A DNA stretch of 64,000 bases. It comes from Rhodopila sp. GTDB taxonomy: Bacteria; Pseudomonadota; Alphaproteobacteria; Acetobacterales; Acetobacteraceae. The notes under the pieces are model-generated. The model had not been told where the DNA came from. It saw only the letters and a program-made list of their open reading frames with translations, and did no database searches. The DNA lies in the NCBI GenBank assembly GCA_965276975.1, contig CBDIBR010000009.1:53938-117937 (forward strand), read 5' to 3'. Shown one piece after another: positions 28,675 through 38,477 of the stretch. Both the position numbers and the translations under genes were made by a program. Each line of letters begins with the position of its first letter. Within the stretch, counting starts at the first letter, position 1.

Positions 28675-28729
28675 TCTAGTGTTGCGATGCTAACGGATGG
28701 TTCCCATCCGTTAGCATCGCAACACTAGA
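28675..28729. repeat. Perfect 26-bp-arm palindrome with CTAG ends
   Basis: TCTAGTGTTGCGATGCTAACGGATGG-TTC-CCATCCGTTAGCATCGCAACACTAGA. Confidence 0.95.
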
Positions 28730-28789
28730 GAGTCGCTGGTGGGCCGACTTGTCCTGACGCTGCGGGACGCAAGCGTCAGGGTCGGACCA

Positions 28790-30256
28790 CTAGTCGGTGA
28801 GTGCCGGGACCTTGCGGGCCAGCCGCCTGCGCAGCGCATTGCGTCCGAGCGAGCGAACCTCGCCCACGTCCAGGACCAGGGCACTGGCGATGTAGAGGGT
28901 CCCACCGAGCAGGATCGCGGCGAACAGGCCGAACCAGTTGAGCGGAAACTGGATCACGGTCAACGCGACTGTCATCGGCACGATTGCCAGAACGCAGCGG
29001 ATCACCTGGCCGACCGGCAGCCAAACCGGGAACAGCGCGGTTCCGAGGAACCAACCGCCCACGACCGTCGCCGCCTGACAGATCAGCGCGGTCCAGGCGG
29101 CGCCGAACATGCCATAGCGGGGTACGACATACAGGTTGAGGGCGATATTCACGACGGTGGCGGGTCCGTAGGTCCACAGCATCATCAGCGGCCGGCCGGA
29201 CAGATGAAATGCATGGTCGACGAAATGTGCCCGCAGGCCGCGCGCCAAGGCGGTGAAGCTCATGATCGGCAGCAGCGCGGCGACGCCGCCGCGAAAGGCC
29301 GGCCCGACGAGACTTGCCGCGACGTGATCGGCGGTCAGGGCTAGGCCCGCGCAGGCCGGCAGGGTGACCGCGAGCAAGGCAATGCCGTTTCGCCCAGCCT
29401 GCACCCGCGCGGCCTCCTTGCCATCATGCTCCAGCACTTGGACGACCAAGGGGAAGGTGGCGGTTGAGATGGAGGAGCAGATGAGCGTGGTGGGCCGCTC
29501 CACCAGGTTATAGGCGACCGCGAAGATCCCGAGGGCTTCGGTGCCAGCTAGGGATCCCAGCAGGAACCGGTCGCTGTACTGCAGGATCATGGCGGTGGCG
29601 GCGACCGCGACCAAGGGCCAGGCATACTCAACCAGCCGCAACAGTTCGGCCTTGTCGAGTCTGCCGGCGCCGCGGCGGACCGGCGAGAGCAGGAGATTGA
29701 CGTCGATGGAGGAGCAGATGACGGCGGCGATCAGCAGCCCGACGATGATAGCGTCGGGGCCGCGTCCCAGCACTCGCATCGCCATCAGGCCCAGCGTGAA
29801 GCCCAGCACCGCGTGCAGGCACTCGATGGTGTTGAACCGGCGCATCCAGTTGCCGGACCGGTTGACCGACTGATTGAGCTGCACCAACGAGCGGAACAGC
29901 AGCATCGGCACTGCCAGCCAGGCCGCGAGGCGATATTGTGCGGGCAGATCGACCAGCAGCGCCACGGCCACGCTGATCGCGAGCATGGCCAGCGCCATGC
30001 CGTAAAACACGACGTATGCCTCCTTGAGCAACCCGTCGCGACGATTGGTCAGGGAGGCGGCCGGGAAAAACCGCATCACGGCGATCGGCAGGGCGTAGAA
30101 CAGCGAGGTCTGCAGCACGAGGACGGCGGAAAACACGTAGCTGTAGGTGCCGAACGCGGCCGGCGACAGCAGGCGCGTGTAGGCGTAGATCATCAGAACT
30201 GAAACTATTGCGGGGATTACATTCGACGGAATGTAACCGAAAATCTGACGATACAT
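28790..30256 (-). CDS. Polysaccharide flippase (Wzx-like)
   Basis: About 12-14 TM segments, with RLLSPAAFGTYS, DRFLLG, LGIFAVAYNL and PRYGMFGAA. Confidence 0.85.
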   Translation of the reverse strand: MYRQIFGYIPSNVIPAIVSVLMIYAYTRLLSPAAFGTYSYVFSAVLVLQTSLFYALPIAVMRFFPAASLTNRRDGLLKEAYVVFYGMALAMLAISVAVALLVDLPAQYRLAAWLAVPMLLFRSLVQLNQSVNRSGNWMRRFNTIECLHAVLGFTLGLMAMRVLGRGPDAIIVGLLIAAVICSSIDVNLLLSPVRRGAGRLDKAELLRLVEYAWPLVAVAATAMILQYSDRFLLGSLAGTEALGIFAVAYNLVERPTTLICSSISTATFPLVVQVLEHDGKEAARVQAGRNGIALLAVTLPACAGLALTADHVAASLVGPAFRGGVAALLPIMSFTALARGLRAHFVDHAFHLSGRPLMMLWTYGPATVVNIALNLYVVPRYGMFGAAWTALICQAATVVGGWFLGTALFPVWLPVGQVIRCVLAIVPMTVALTVIQFPLNWFGLFAAILLGGTLYIASALVLDVGEVRSLGRNALRRRLARKVPALTD

Positions 30257-30607
30257 CGGAAGGCGACCTCATTAACCATAAGGTGACCGAGCCGGTGCAT
30301 ATGTCGGCCGTTACCCTACCCGTGGTTTAGTAGACTTTAGCCGCGCGCGTGAAGTGTGATTTTTCGAAGGAACCGTACCATCATCATACTGAATTAGCTG
30401 TCACGCGCCATTGTCGCAAGCGTTTCGGACAAACCGATCACGTTGCCACGACGACGGTTCCGCCTGCTATCGGCCGGAACTAGCCAGGCGGAGAGCACAT
30501 TCTTAAGTCGATTTAATCACGTTTTTCAAACTATCCGCTCGAGCGGTCGGGTTGCCGGAAGCCGCAGGGTCTCCGGATGGCTAGATCGGTTTCAGGCTGA
30601 CTATAAA

Positions 30608-31744
30608 CTAAGCTCGATCGGACGCCAGGTCGGGCCAATACCGTGCGAGGACGGATGTGGCGATGACAGCTTGCACTGCGTCCTGATCCTCCGCCGTCAT
30701 GGTGTGGCGCCAGCGGTCCGGGACAAACTCGGAGGCTCGGAAGACATCAAAATAGCCGAACGGTCCGTCGTGCTGGGTGCTGACGCCAAGGAACGCCGCG
30801 GTCTGCGGGTGCCAGTCGAGGCCGGCGAAGGCAAACAACTCCTTAGAGGCCGGTTCCGGCTGACGGCAAAGATCTTCGTAGAGGACGATCCTGGCGTTGG
30901 GCAACGCGGCGAGTGCGGCGACCGCCGGTTCGTTGAACGCGCGCCAGCCCCAGGCATATTTGGCAGCGTCCGGCAACGCGTCGAACGCGGCGGCATCGAT
31001 GCCCTGACGACCGGCGGTGGCGATCGCGGCCGCTATGGCTTCACGTGTTTCGGATCGGGCGAAGCTGTGCTTGGACCGATCGGCGGCCGGTCCTGTGCTT
31101 TGTCGGGTCGCCAGCCCGGCCATCACCGATGCGATCTGGCCGCATGGGTGGCGCAGGATAAACACACACCGCGCGTTCGGCATTGTCCTGGCCGCGAGGG
31201 TTCCGTCCCAGTTCACCAACTTGAGCAGGCCACGGACCGATTTCTGTCGGGTCGGCGCCACCAGATCGGGGACACCGATCGGTGCGGCCAGGCGCGACAG
31301 GGTCGGCAGGCGTTGTGCGATGGCCAGTGCGACCACGAAGCCTCGGCGGATATTCTCCAACGGCGGCGGGCGCCAGGATTTACGGAAGTAGGGACGCTTG
31401 GCGGCGGCGCGCAAGCCGCGCTGCCGCAGCCACTGACCGATCTGTTCGGCTGGATCGAGTCCGGACGTCGCCAGGACCAATTCATCTGGCTCATGTCGGT
31501 ATAAAGTCTCCGGATGGCTGTCAAATATCTTGGCCAGCCAAGTTGTTCCAGAGCGTGGCGAGCCGAGCACAAGTATAGCCGAGTCGGCGATGCGCTGCCA
31601 TCTGCTGCCACGCGGCCGCGCGGCTTCCTGCCTAAAGCCGATCTGGGGGGGAGAAACCTCCGTTTGCGCCTGAAACATGCCGAGCATGATTAGCTTCTGC
31701 TCCATCGGGAAGGAATACGCTTTGTCTTTGCGTGGACCAGACAA
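30608..31744 (-). CDS. Sulfotransferase family protein
   Basis: 5'-PSB motif LGSPRSGTTWL, RHEP, LRHPCGQIAS and YEDLCRQP. The true start may be downstream. Confidence 0.85.
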   Translation of the reverse strand: MSGPRKDKAYSFPMEQKLIMLGMFQAQTEVSPPQIGFRQEAARPRGSRWQRIADSAILVLGSPRSGTTWLAKIFDSHPETLYRHEPDELVLATSGLDPAEQIGQWLRQRGLRAAAKRPYFRKSWRPPPLENIRRGFVVALAIAQRLPTLSRLAAPIGVPDLVAPTRQKSVRGLLKLVNWDGTLAARTMPNARCVFILRHPCGQIASVMAGLATRQSTGPAADRSKHSFARSETREAIAAAIATAGRQGIDAAAFDALPDAAKYAWGWRAFNEPAVAALAALPNARIVLYEDLCRQPEPASKELFAFAGLDWHPQTAAFLGVSTQHDGPFGYFDVFRASEFVPDRWRHTMTAEDQDAVQAVIATSVLARYWPDLASDRA

Positions 31745-31895
31745 ATCCGGCTATACGCCGCCACCTGATGATGGGCAATTCAGCCTTTGTATCGAAGTGT
31801 GAAATCAGCCCCCCATACAACACGATAGATTGAGCTTGCCCAAAAAGATGTTTATCGATTTTGACCGAACCAATTTCGATTTCGGCCAGGATCGC

Positions 31896-31998
31896 GCATC
31901 AGAGAAACGCGATCTGTTGCTGTTTGTCTGAAGTAGCCGATTTGCGCGGCGAAACGCGGCCGCTTCGCGTCTCGCGGTTCTCTACGATCGGGTACTAG
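31896..31998. repeat. Structured dispersed repeat (family B), copy 1
   Basis: Shares GCTGTT.GTCTGAAGT.GCCGA...CGGCGAAACGCGGCCGCTTCGCGTCTC...CTCT.CGATCGGG.ACT.G with 42370-42471. Confidence 0.85.
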
Positions 31999-32194
31999 TC
32001 GTTCGTCGAGTTTCATTAGGACGGTTCTTCGCGCGATGCGGCAGCCGACAAACATCCATACAGTTCGATCATTGTGCGCCGGCGTCGTCATGCTCCCCGG
32101 TGCAGGTAAGCTGTGACGTAGGTAAGCTTCCCGCGGCGATCGGCAACCGCAGGATGCCGTGAACGACATGCCGTATTGCCAGGCTACAAGTTGC

Positions 32195-32993
32195 TATTAT
32201 CCTGTCCCGCAAATACCAACTAGGAACGACCACTGGCTTGGATGCGGGGAGACTTGCTTTGGGACGGCCGATCAAGCGACTGCATGCGGAGCCCGGCGCC
32301 GTCAAAGAGCTTGAACGCCGATCGCGCTCGGCAACGGTCGACGTACGGGATCGCGAGCGTGCCGACATCATCCTGCTTCGGCTCGACGGGGTCGGGGTTG
32401 AAGCCGTCGCCACGCAGCTGAAAACGACGTCCAAGCGCGTCTCGACCTGGTCGAGGCGGTTCGAAGTGTCCGGCCTTAATGGGCTGGCGGACAGGCCGGG
32501 TCGCGGTCGCAAGGCTTCGATCCTCAGCCAGTTGACCGGCAAGCTGATCACCCGCACCGAGGCGACCCTCACCCATGTTGAAGGGCTCCGTTTCCTCAAG
32601 CAGATCGACCGTGAAACGCCACGCGACGTCGACCTGCATCTGATCGCGGACAACGACGCCACGCACAAACACCCCACCGTGCGGGCATGGCTGGCGAAGC
32701 AGCCTCGCTTGCACATGCATCTCACGCCGACCTCGTCCTCGTGGCTCAATCTGGCCGAACGCTTTTTCGCCGACCTGACCGGCGATGTCGTCCGGGCTGG
32801 CAGCTTCACGTCGGTCAACGAACTGGTCCGTGACATCAAAGCCTACCTTGCCGTGCGCAATGCCGATGCGAAGCCATCCCTGTGGAGAGCCGCGGGCGCC
32901 GAGATCCTCGCCAAAATCAAACGGGCACGCGTCGCGCTTACCGCAGCCGCAGCCGCGTGAGTTCTTGGTCAGCAATTCAGAAACGGCACACTA
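32195..32993 (+). mobile_element. Internally deleted IS630-family element (transposase remnant 32238-32960)
   Basis: An N-terminal HTH region (RVSTWSRRF...DRPGRGRK) joins directly to the late DDE part (DLHLIADN, HKHP, TPTSSSWLNLAERFF). The right end reads GAAACGGCACACTAG. The left end is approximate, with only a weak inverted-repeat match. Confidence 0.85.
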
Positions 32994-33004
32994 GGAGAGA
33001 TCCA

Positions 33005-33751
33005 ATGAACATTGATTTGGCCGGCCGCAGAGCGATCGTGTGCGGCGGCAGCCGGGGCATCGGCCGTGCCATCGCGCTTGGCTTTGCCGCCCACGGCGCG
33101 GACGTTTCGATCTGCGCGCGTGGTGCGGAGATGCTGGCGAAGACCCGAGCGGAGATCGCCGAGCTGGGTCGCACGGCTCATGCGGAGTCGGTTGATCTTG
33201 GGGATGCCGCTGCGATCAGGCGCTATATCGGCAAAGCTGCGGCGGAACTGGGCGGGATCGACGTGCTGGTGAACAACGCGTCGGCCTTCGGGTCGGCCGA
33301 TGACGAGGCGAGTTGGGTGCAGAGCCTGTCGATCGACATGCTGGCGATCGTGCACGCCACCCAGGCGGCTCTGCCGTTCCTGAAGCAGTCGAAGGGAAAC
33401 GTCGTCAACACGTCCTCGATCTCGGCCATGCGCGCGGCGGGTCGCCAGCCACCCTATGGGGCGATCAAGGCGGCAGTGATCCACTACACGAACACCCAGG
33501 CGGCGATGTACGCGCGCAGCGGGATCAGGGTGAACGGGGTCGCACCTGGGTCGATCGAGTTTCCCGATGGTGTGTGGGATCGGCGCAAGACGGAGAACCC
33601 AAAGCTGTATGGGGCCGTGCTCGACTCGATCCCGTTCGGCCGGCTGGGGGCGCCGGAGGAGGTGGCGAACGTGGTGATGTTCCTGGCGTCGTCATTGGCG
33701 TCGTGGGTGACGGGACAGACCGTTGTCGTTGACGGCGGGCAATTGCTGTAG
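33005..33751 (+). CDS. SDR family oxidoreductase
   Basis: GGSRGIG, LVNNAS, YGAIK and VNGVAPG; AGGAGA RBS. Confidence 0.92.
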   Translation: MNIDLAGRRAIVCGGSRGIGRAIALGFAAHGADVSICARGAEMLAKTRAEIAELGRTAHAESVDLGDAAAIRRYIGKAAAELGGIDVLVNNASAFGSADDEASWVQSLSIDMLAIVHATQAALPFLKQSKGNVVNTSSISAMRAAGRQPPYGAIKAAVIHYTNTQAAMYARSGIRVNGVAPGSIEFPDGVWDRRKTENPKLYGAVLDSIPFGRLGAPEEVANVVMFLASSLASWVTGQTVVVDGGQLL

Positions 33752-33779
33752 CCGCACCGGCGTTCGCGAGCTGATCGCT

Positions 33780-34781
33780 TCAGCTTGATGCGCTCCGGCT
33801 CGCGGTCAGGTCGGCCAGCAATGGCAGTACGTCGCGGGCGAACCAGGCGATCTGTTCGGCCTTCTGTTCATACGGGCCGACCAGATCGAGCGCGATGTGG
33901 CGGACCCCAGCGGCGTAAAACTCCCTGATCCGTTCGGCCACGATCTCCGGCGGGCCAAGCGCGCAGTAGCGCTGCGCGGCCTTGCGGAAGTCCATCGCGT
34001 ACCGCACGCTGAGCGTCTCGGTCGCTCGATCCAGGGCTTGCTCGTAGGTATGATCCAGCCGCGCGAACAGCAGATGCCCGGTTCCGAAAGATAGCGCGCC
34101 GCGACCGGCCTGTTCCGCGGCGGCCGCTATCGTTACGAGGGCGGCGCGATACATCTCGGGCGAGACGACGTAGGACAGGTAGCCGTCGCCAAGCCGCCCG
34201 ATCCGGCGCAGTGCCAGGTCCTTACGACCAGCGAACCAAATCGGCGGACCGCCTGGCTGGCGCGGCGGCGGGTTCATCGGCACATCCTGGAACGGGCCGT
34301 AGAATTTCCCGTGGTGGGTGACCGGTTCGCCGCTGAAGAACTTTCGCAGCACGGTCACGCCTTCGGCGAGGCGTGCGCCGCGCTCGTTGTGGGGCACGTC
34401 ACAGGCGGCGTATTCGCGCGGGAACTCGCCGCCCACACCGACACCGAGGATGAAGCGCCCCTCGGTCAGGTGATCCAGCGTCGTGACCTGCTTGGCCACC
34501 GGCGTTGGGTGGCGCAGCGGCAACAGCAGGACCGCTGTCCCAAGCAGCAGTCGGCGGCTGGCCACGGCGGCCTGGGCCAGCTGCAGCAACGGGTCGAGGA
34601 TCGCGAGCGTGAACGAGATATGGTCGCCGACCCAAAGTGAATCATAGCCGCTATCGTCGACCAGCCTGACCAGATCGACCAGTTCATCGATACGCGGCAG
34701 CCAGGGTCCGTCCGCGGGTTCGGTGCGGCGGTGAATGGTCTGGATGCCGATGCGCAGGCGTTTGTCGAGGATCAGGGTCAT
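33780..34781 (-). CDS. LLM-class flavin-dependent oxidoreductase
   Basis: YDSLWVGDH, LGTAVLLLPLRHP, GRFILGVGVG and PPIWFAG. Confidence 0.9.
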   Translation of the reverse strand: MTLILDKRLRIGIQTIHRRTEPADGPWLPRIDELVDLVRLVDDSGYDSLWVGDHISFTLAILDPLLQLAQAAVASRRLLLGTAVLLLPLRHPTPVAKQVTTLDHLTEGRFILGVGVGGEFPREYAACDVPHNERGARLAEGVTVLRKFFSGEPVTHHGKFYGPFQDVPMNPPPRQPGGPPIWFAGRKDLALRRIGRLGDGYLSYVVSPEMYRAALVTIAAAAEQAGRGALSFGTGHLLFARLDHTYEQALDRATETLSVRYAMDFRKAAQRYCALGPPEIVAERIREFYAAGVRHIALDLVGPYEQKAEQIAWFARDVLPLLADLTASRSASS

Positions 34782-34872
34782 GTGGTCGTTCCCATCCATT
34801 GCCGGGCACAGTGTTGCAGCCGGCGGCACCTGGCGCCAAGCTGGCGCGAACCGAGATCGCGGAGAAACCTCC

Positions 34873-35655
34873 ATGCCCGACCTGATCGAAACCGTCGAAG
34901 ACGGTGTGGCCACCCTGACCTTGAACCGGCCGGAAAACCTGAACGCGCTGTCGGACGAAATCCGGTTGGGCCTGTTGGATGGCTTTTCTCGGCTGGGCGC
35001 GGATGACGCCATCGGCTGCATCGTACTGACCGGATCCGGGCGCGGCTTCTGCGCCGGCGGTGACGTGAAGACGATGGGCAGCCGATCGGCCAAAGGGTTC
35101 GAGGAACGCGCCGCCGGTGTCGCGCAATCGGGCCGCATTCCGATGCTGATGCACAACACGCCCAAGCCGATCATCGGCATGATCAACGGTGTCGCGGTCG
35201 GCGCGGGATTAAGCATGGCGGGGGCCTGCGACATACGCATCGCCGCCCGGTCGGCTCGTTTCGGGACCGGGTTCATCAAGATTGGCCTGTCCGGCGACTG
35301 GGGTGGCACCTGGACGCTGACGCGGCTTGTCGGCACCGCCAAGGCGCGGGAGTTGTTCTTCACCGGCGACATGATCGATGCCGATGAAGCGCTTCGGATC
35401 GGCCTGGTCAACAAGGTCGTGGACGATGCGGATCTGTCGCAGGCCACCATGACCCTGGCGCACAGGATCGCAGCGATGCCGCACGTGGCGCTGGGGTATA
35501 CCAAGCGAAACCTGGCCGCCGCCGAGACCGGTGATTTCGTTACGTCGCTGGAGCTGGAGGCGTTCAACCAGGCGCGTTGCTCGCAGCTGGAGGACCACCG
35601 CGAGGCGATCCTGGCGTTCAAGGAAAAGCGTAAGCCGGTGTTCACGGGACGCTGA
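34873..35655 (+). CDS. Enoyl-CoA hydratase/isomerase family protein
   Basis: FCAGGDV, AVGAGLSMAGACDIR and DADEALRIGLVNKV. Confidence 0.92.
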   Translation: MPDLIETVEDGVATLTLNRPENLNALSDEIRLGLLDGFSRLGADDAIGCIVLTGSGRGFCAGGDVKTMGSRSAKGFEERAAGVAQSGRIPMLMHNTPKPIIGMINGVAVGAGLSMAGACDIRIAARSARFGTGFIKIGLSGDWGGTWTLTRLVGTAKARELFFTGDMIDADEALRIGLVNKVVDDADLSQATMTLAHRIAAMPHVALGYTKRNLAAAETGDFVTSLELEAFNQARCSQLEDHREAILAFKEKRKPVFTGR

Positions 35656-35658
35656 TCC

Positions 35659-36708
35659 ATGCGGGTCTTGAACACGTTGCCGCAGGGCGATCTGAGGCAG
35701 ACCGCTGCGTCGGCGATCGCATCCGAGGCCAGCGGCTACGACGGGCTGCTGACGATGGAGAACAAGCACGACCCGTTCCTGGCGCATGCCATCGCCGCGG
35801 TGAACACGGCGCGGGTCGAGCTGGGCACCTCCGTGGCGATCGCGTTCCCGCGCAGCCCGATGGTGGTGGCGAACGCCTGCTGGGATCTGCAGACGGCGTC
35901 GCGCGGGCGTTTCGTGCTGGGGATCGGGCCACAGATACGGCCTCATAACGAAAGGCGGTTCAGCGTGCCTTGGACCGCGCCGGCGCCTCGGCTGCGGGAC
36001 TATGTGCGGGCGCTGCGGGCGATCTGGACCACATGGGAGACCGGGGCGAAGCTGGATTTTCGCGGCCAGCACTACAGCTTCACGCTGATGCCGCCATATT
36101 TCATGCCACCCTCGAGTGGGCAGAAGATGGTGCCGATCACGCTCGCGGCGGTGGGGGAGCATTCGTTGCGTCTGGCTGGCGAAGTCGCTGACGGGGTTCG
36201 GCTGCACGGTTTCTGCACCCGCCGCTACATCGAAGAGGCGATCATCCCCCGGGTGGGCGAAGGCATGGCGCGCACCGGGCGGACCCGCGAACACTTCGAG
36301 ATCACCGGCGGGGGTTTCGTCGCCACCGGCAAGGATGCCGACGCCACCGCCAAGGCGTTCGAGATCGTGCGCGGGCGGGTGGCGTTCTATGGTTCCACGC
36401 CCGGCTACTGGGGAGTGCTCGAACTGCATGGGTTGGGCGATCTGGGTCGCGAACTCAATTCGATGTCGAAAGCCGGGAAGTGGGACGAGATGGCCGGCCG
36501 CGTGTCCGACGATGTGGTTCATCTGTTCGCCGCTGTCGGCACTCACAAAGAGATCGCCGAGCGGATCGATGCACGTTTCGGCGGCGTCAGCGACGCGCTG
36601 AACCTGCGAGCGGACTCCTCGTCAGCCGGCGGCGACGTGCCGCCGGATGTGATCCAGGAGATCAAGCGGATCGGGACGCCGTTCCGCGGCTACGCGACAG
36701 CATGGTAA
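35659..36708 (+). CDS. LLM-class oxidoreductase, probable F420-dependent type (TIGR03617-like)
   Basis: ENKHDPFL, IAFPRSPM, GRFVLGIGPQIRPHNERRFS and FYGSTPGY. Confidence 0.82.
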   Translation: MRVLNTLPQGDLRQTAASAIASEASGYDGLLTMENKHDPFLAHAIAAVNTARVELGTSVAIAFPRSPMVVANACWDLQTASRGRFVLGIGPQIRPHNERRFSVPWTAPAPRLRDYVRALRAIWTTWETGAKLDFRGQHYSFTLMPPYFMPPSSGQKMVPITLAAVGEHSLRLAGEVADGVRLHGFCTRRYIEEAIIPRVGEGMARTGRTREHFEITGGGFVATGKDADATAKAFEIVRGRVAFYGSTPGYWGVLELHGLGDLGRELNSMSKAGKWDEMAGRVSDDVVHLFAAVGTHKEIAERIDARFGGVSDALNLRADSSSAGGDVPPDVIQEIKRIGTPFRGYATAW

Positions 36709-36742
36709 CCAGATGCGCCGGCTTGAGAGGCAATGGTGATCC

Positions 36743-37555
36743 TTATCCTCGTTGCCATTCCAGCCAGTCGATGACGGCTTGGCCCATCACCTTTTCCTGG
36801 TCCCGGCCCTTCAGCCATGGCAGTTCCTCGGTAAAGAACGTTACGCATTGTCGATAGCTGCACGGCATCCGCGTGATGTCCGTTCCCCAAAAGAAACGGT
36901 CTGGGCCAAAGGCGTCAAAGATCCGGTGCAGGCCGTCGTGAATGTCGCGGAACGGATAGGCCTGTTGCGAGTAGCCCGGTGCGCCGGTGGCCTTGATCGC
37001 CACGTTCGGCAGCTTTGCCAGCGGCAGCAGATCATCCAGCGTGGCGAACGCCGCCTGGCCCTGCGCCGACCGCACCAGGCCCAGATGATCGACGATCAGC
37101 TTCAGATGCGGGTGCCGCTGCGCGATTTGCCTGAACAGTGGCAGGAAGCGCCACGCCATGGTGGCGACGGGCGTGCCGGCCTGTTCGGCCGCCGGCCATA
37201 GCCAATCCATCGTGCCGTCCTGGTGCCAGGCTTCCTGTCCGTCCCGCGTCAAGGACCAGCGTAGGCCCAACATGCCGGGCTGCTGCTTCCAGGTCTCGAT
37301 CCGCTTGCGCTGAGACGGGTCATCCAGCGGGAACCAGCCCAGGCTGCAGAATCTGTCCGGATACGCAATTGATGCGGCGATGGCCATTTCGTTGGAGTTC
37401 GGGTCCCAGCTTGGCGGATGCAGCACCGCGCCGTTAACGCCCGCCTGGCCCATTTCCAGTATCAGTTCCTGGGCTGTATAGACCGAGGTCTGACGATGGT
37501 GCCCGCTGGGTTTGCCGCTGCCCCAGATATGAACCTGTGCGTCGATGATCAGCAT
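36743..37555 (-). CDS. Amidohydrolase_2 family protein
   Basis: IDAQVHIW, LIVDHLG and FFWGTD. Confidence 0.88.
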   Translation of the reverse strand: MLIIDAQVHIWGSGKPSGHHRQTSVYTAQELILEMGQAGVNGAVLHPPSWDPNSNEMAIAASIAYPDRFCSLGWFPLDDPSQRKRIETWKQQPGMLGLRWSLTRDGQEAWHQDGTMDWLWPAAEQAGTPVATMAWRFLPLFRQIAQRHPHLKLIVDHLGLVRSAQGQAAFATLDDLLPLAKLPNVAIKATGAPGYSQQAYPFRDIHDGLHRIFDAFGPDRFFWGTDITRMPCSYRQCVTFFTEELPWLKGRDQEKVMGQAVIDWLEWQRG

Positions 37556-37644
37556 TGGGTGTCCTCCCTTTTCTTGGCCCGATGCTGGCCTCTTGCCGGG
37601 CGGGATGCAACCGGGCCAAACAGAGGTGGCGACAGGGAGTGCCG

Positions 37645-38421
37645 ATGGTGCTGGATCGGGTCATGCTGACGAACGACGATGGGATCGACGCGCCCGGCAT
37701 GGATGTGCTGGCGGAAATCGCGGCGGCGATCGCCCGCGAGGTCTGGATCGTGGCGCCCGAGCATGACCAGAGCGGCCAGTCTCATGCCATCAGCCTGCAC
37801 CACGCGCTGCGCATCAGCGAGCGTGGCGAGCGCCGGTTTGGCGTTTCCGGCACGCCCGGGGACTGTGCCGCGATCGGGCTTTGTCATCTGATGAAGGACG
37901 CGCCGCCGCAACTGGTTTTGTCGGGCGTCAACCGCGGCCTCAACCTGGGGATGGAGACGGTGTTTTCCGGCACCGTCGGGGGTGCCATGACGGCGATGAT
38001 GTTGGGGTGTCCGGCGCTGGCGCTCAGTCAGGCGTTCGCCGACCGGAACAATGTTCCGTGGGACACCGCGCGCACGTTGGGGGCCGAAACGATCCGACGG
38101 GTGTGGGCCATGGGCTGGAGCAAGAGCGCTGTGCTGAACATTAATTTCCCGCCCGTTCCGGCCGCCGAGGCGGGGCCGATGACGCTGGCGCGTCAGGGCG
38201 AGGGCGCGGTTGCCGGCATGCATGTGGAGACCCGGGTCGATCCGCGCGGGATGTCGTATCACTGGCTGAACTTCAAGCGCGGTGAGATCGAACAGGGGCC
38301 GGAGAGCGACTACCGCGCGATGCGGGCGGGCAAGATCGTTGTTACGCCGTTGCGGTATGACCGAACGGACGATGAGGCCTATGCCGGGCTGACCGCGCAT
38401 CTGCCGCGGTTTGGGGCTTAG
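37645..38421 (+). CDS. surE: 5'/3'-nucleotidase SurE
   Basis: LTNDDGIDAPG, VAPEHDQSG, GTPGDC, LSGVNRGLN and SGTVGGAM. Confidence 0.93.
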   Translation: MVLDRVMLTNDDGIDAPGMDVLAEIAAAIAREVWIVAPEHDQSGQSHAISLHHALRISERGERRFGVSGTPGDCAAIGLCHLMKDAPPQLVLSGVNRGLNLGMETVFSGTVGGAMTAMMLGCPALALSQAFADRNNVPWDTARTLGAETIRRVWAMGWSKSAVLNINFPPVPAAEAGPMTLARQGEGAVAGMHVETRVDPRGMSYHWLNFKRGEIEQGPESDYRAMRAGKIVVTPLRYDRTDDEAYAGLTAHLPRFGA

Positions 38422-38477
38422 TGGGCGCTGAGCTGATGGCGCGGATCAGCCGGATAATCCACCTGTTACATCGATCG

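Noticed and set aside
31852-32169. Minus-strand ORF with FAAQIGYFR, resembling a Tn3 transposase N-terminus
   Set aside because: The similarity covers only a few residues and coincides with repeat B. No GGGG-type inverted repeat or further transposase sequence is present. It is kept only as an alternative explanation.
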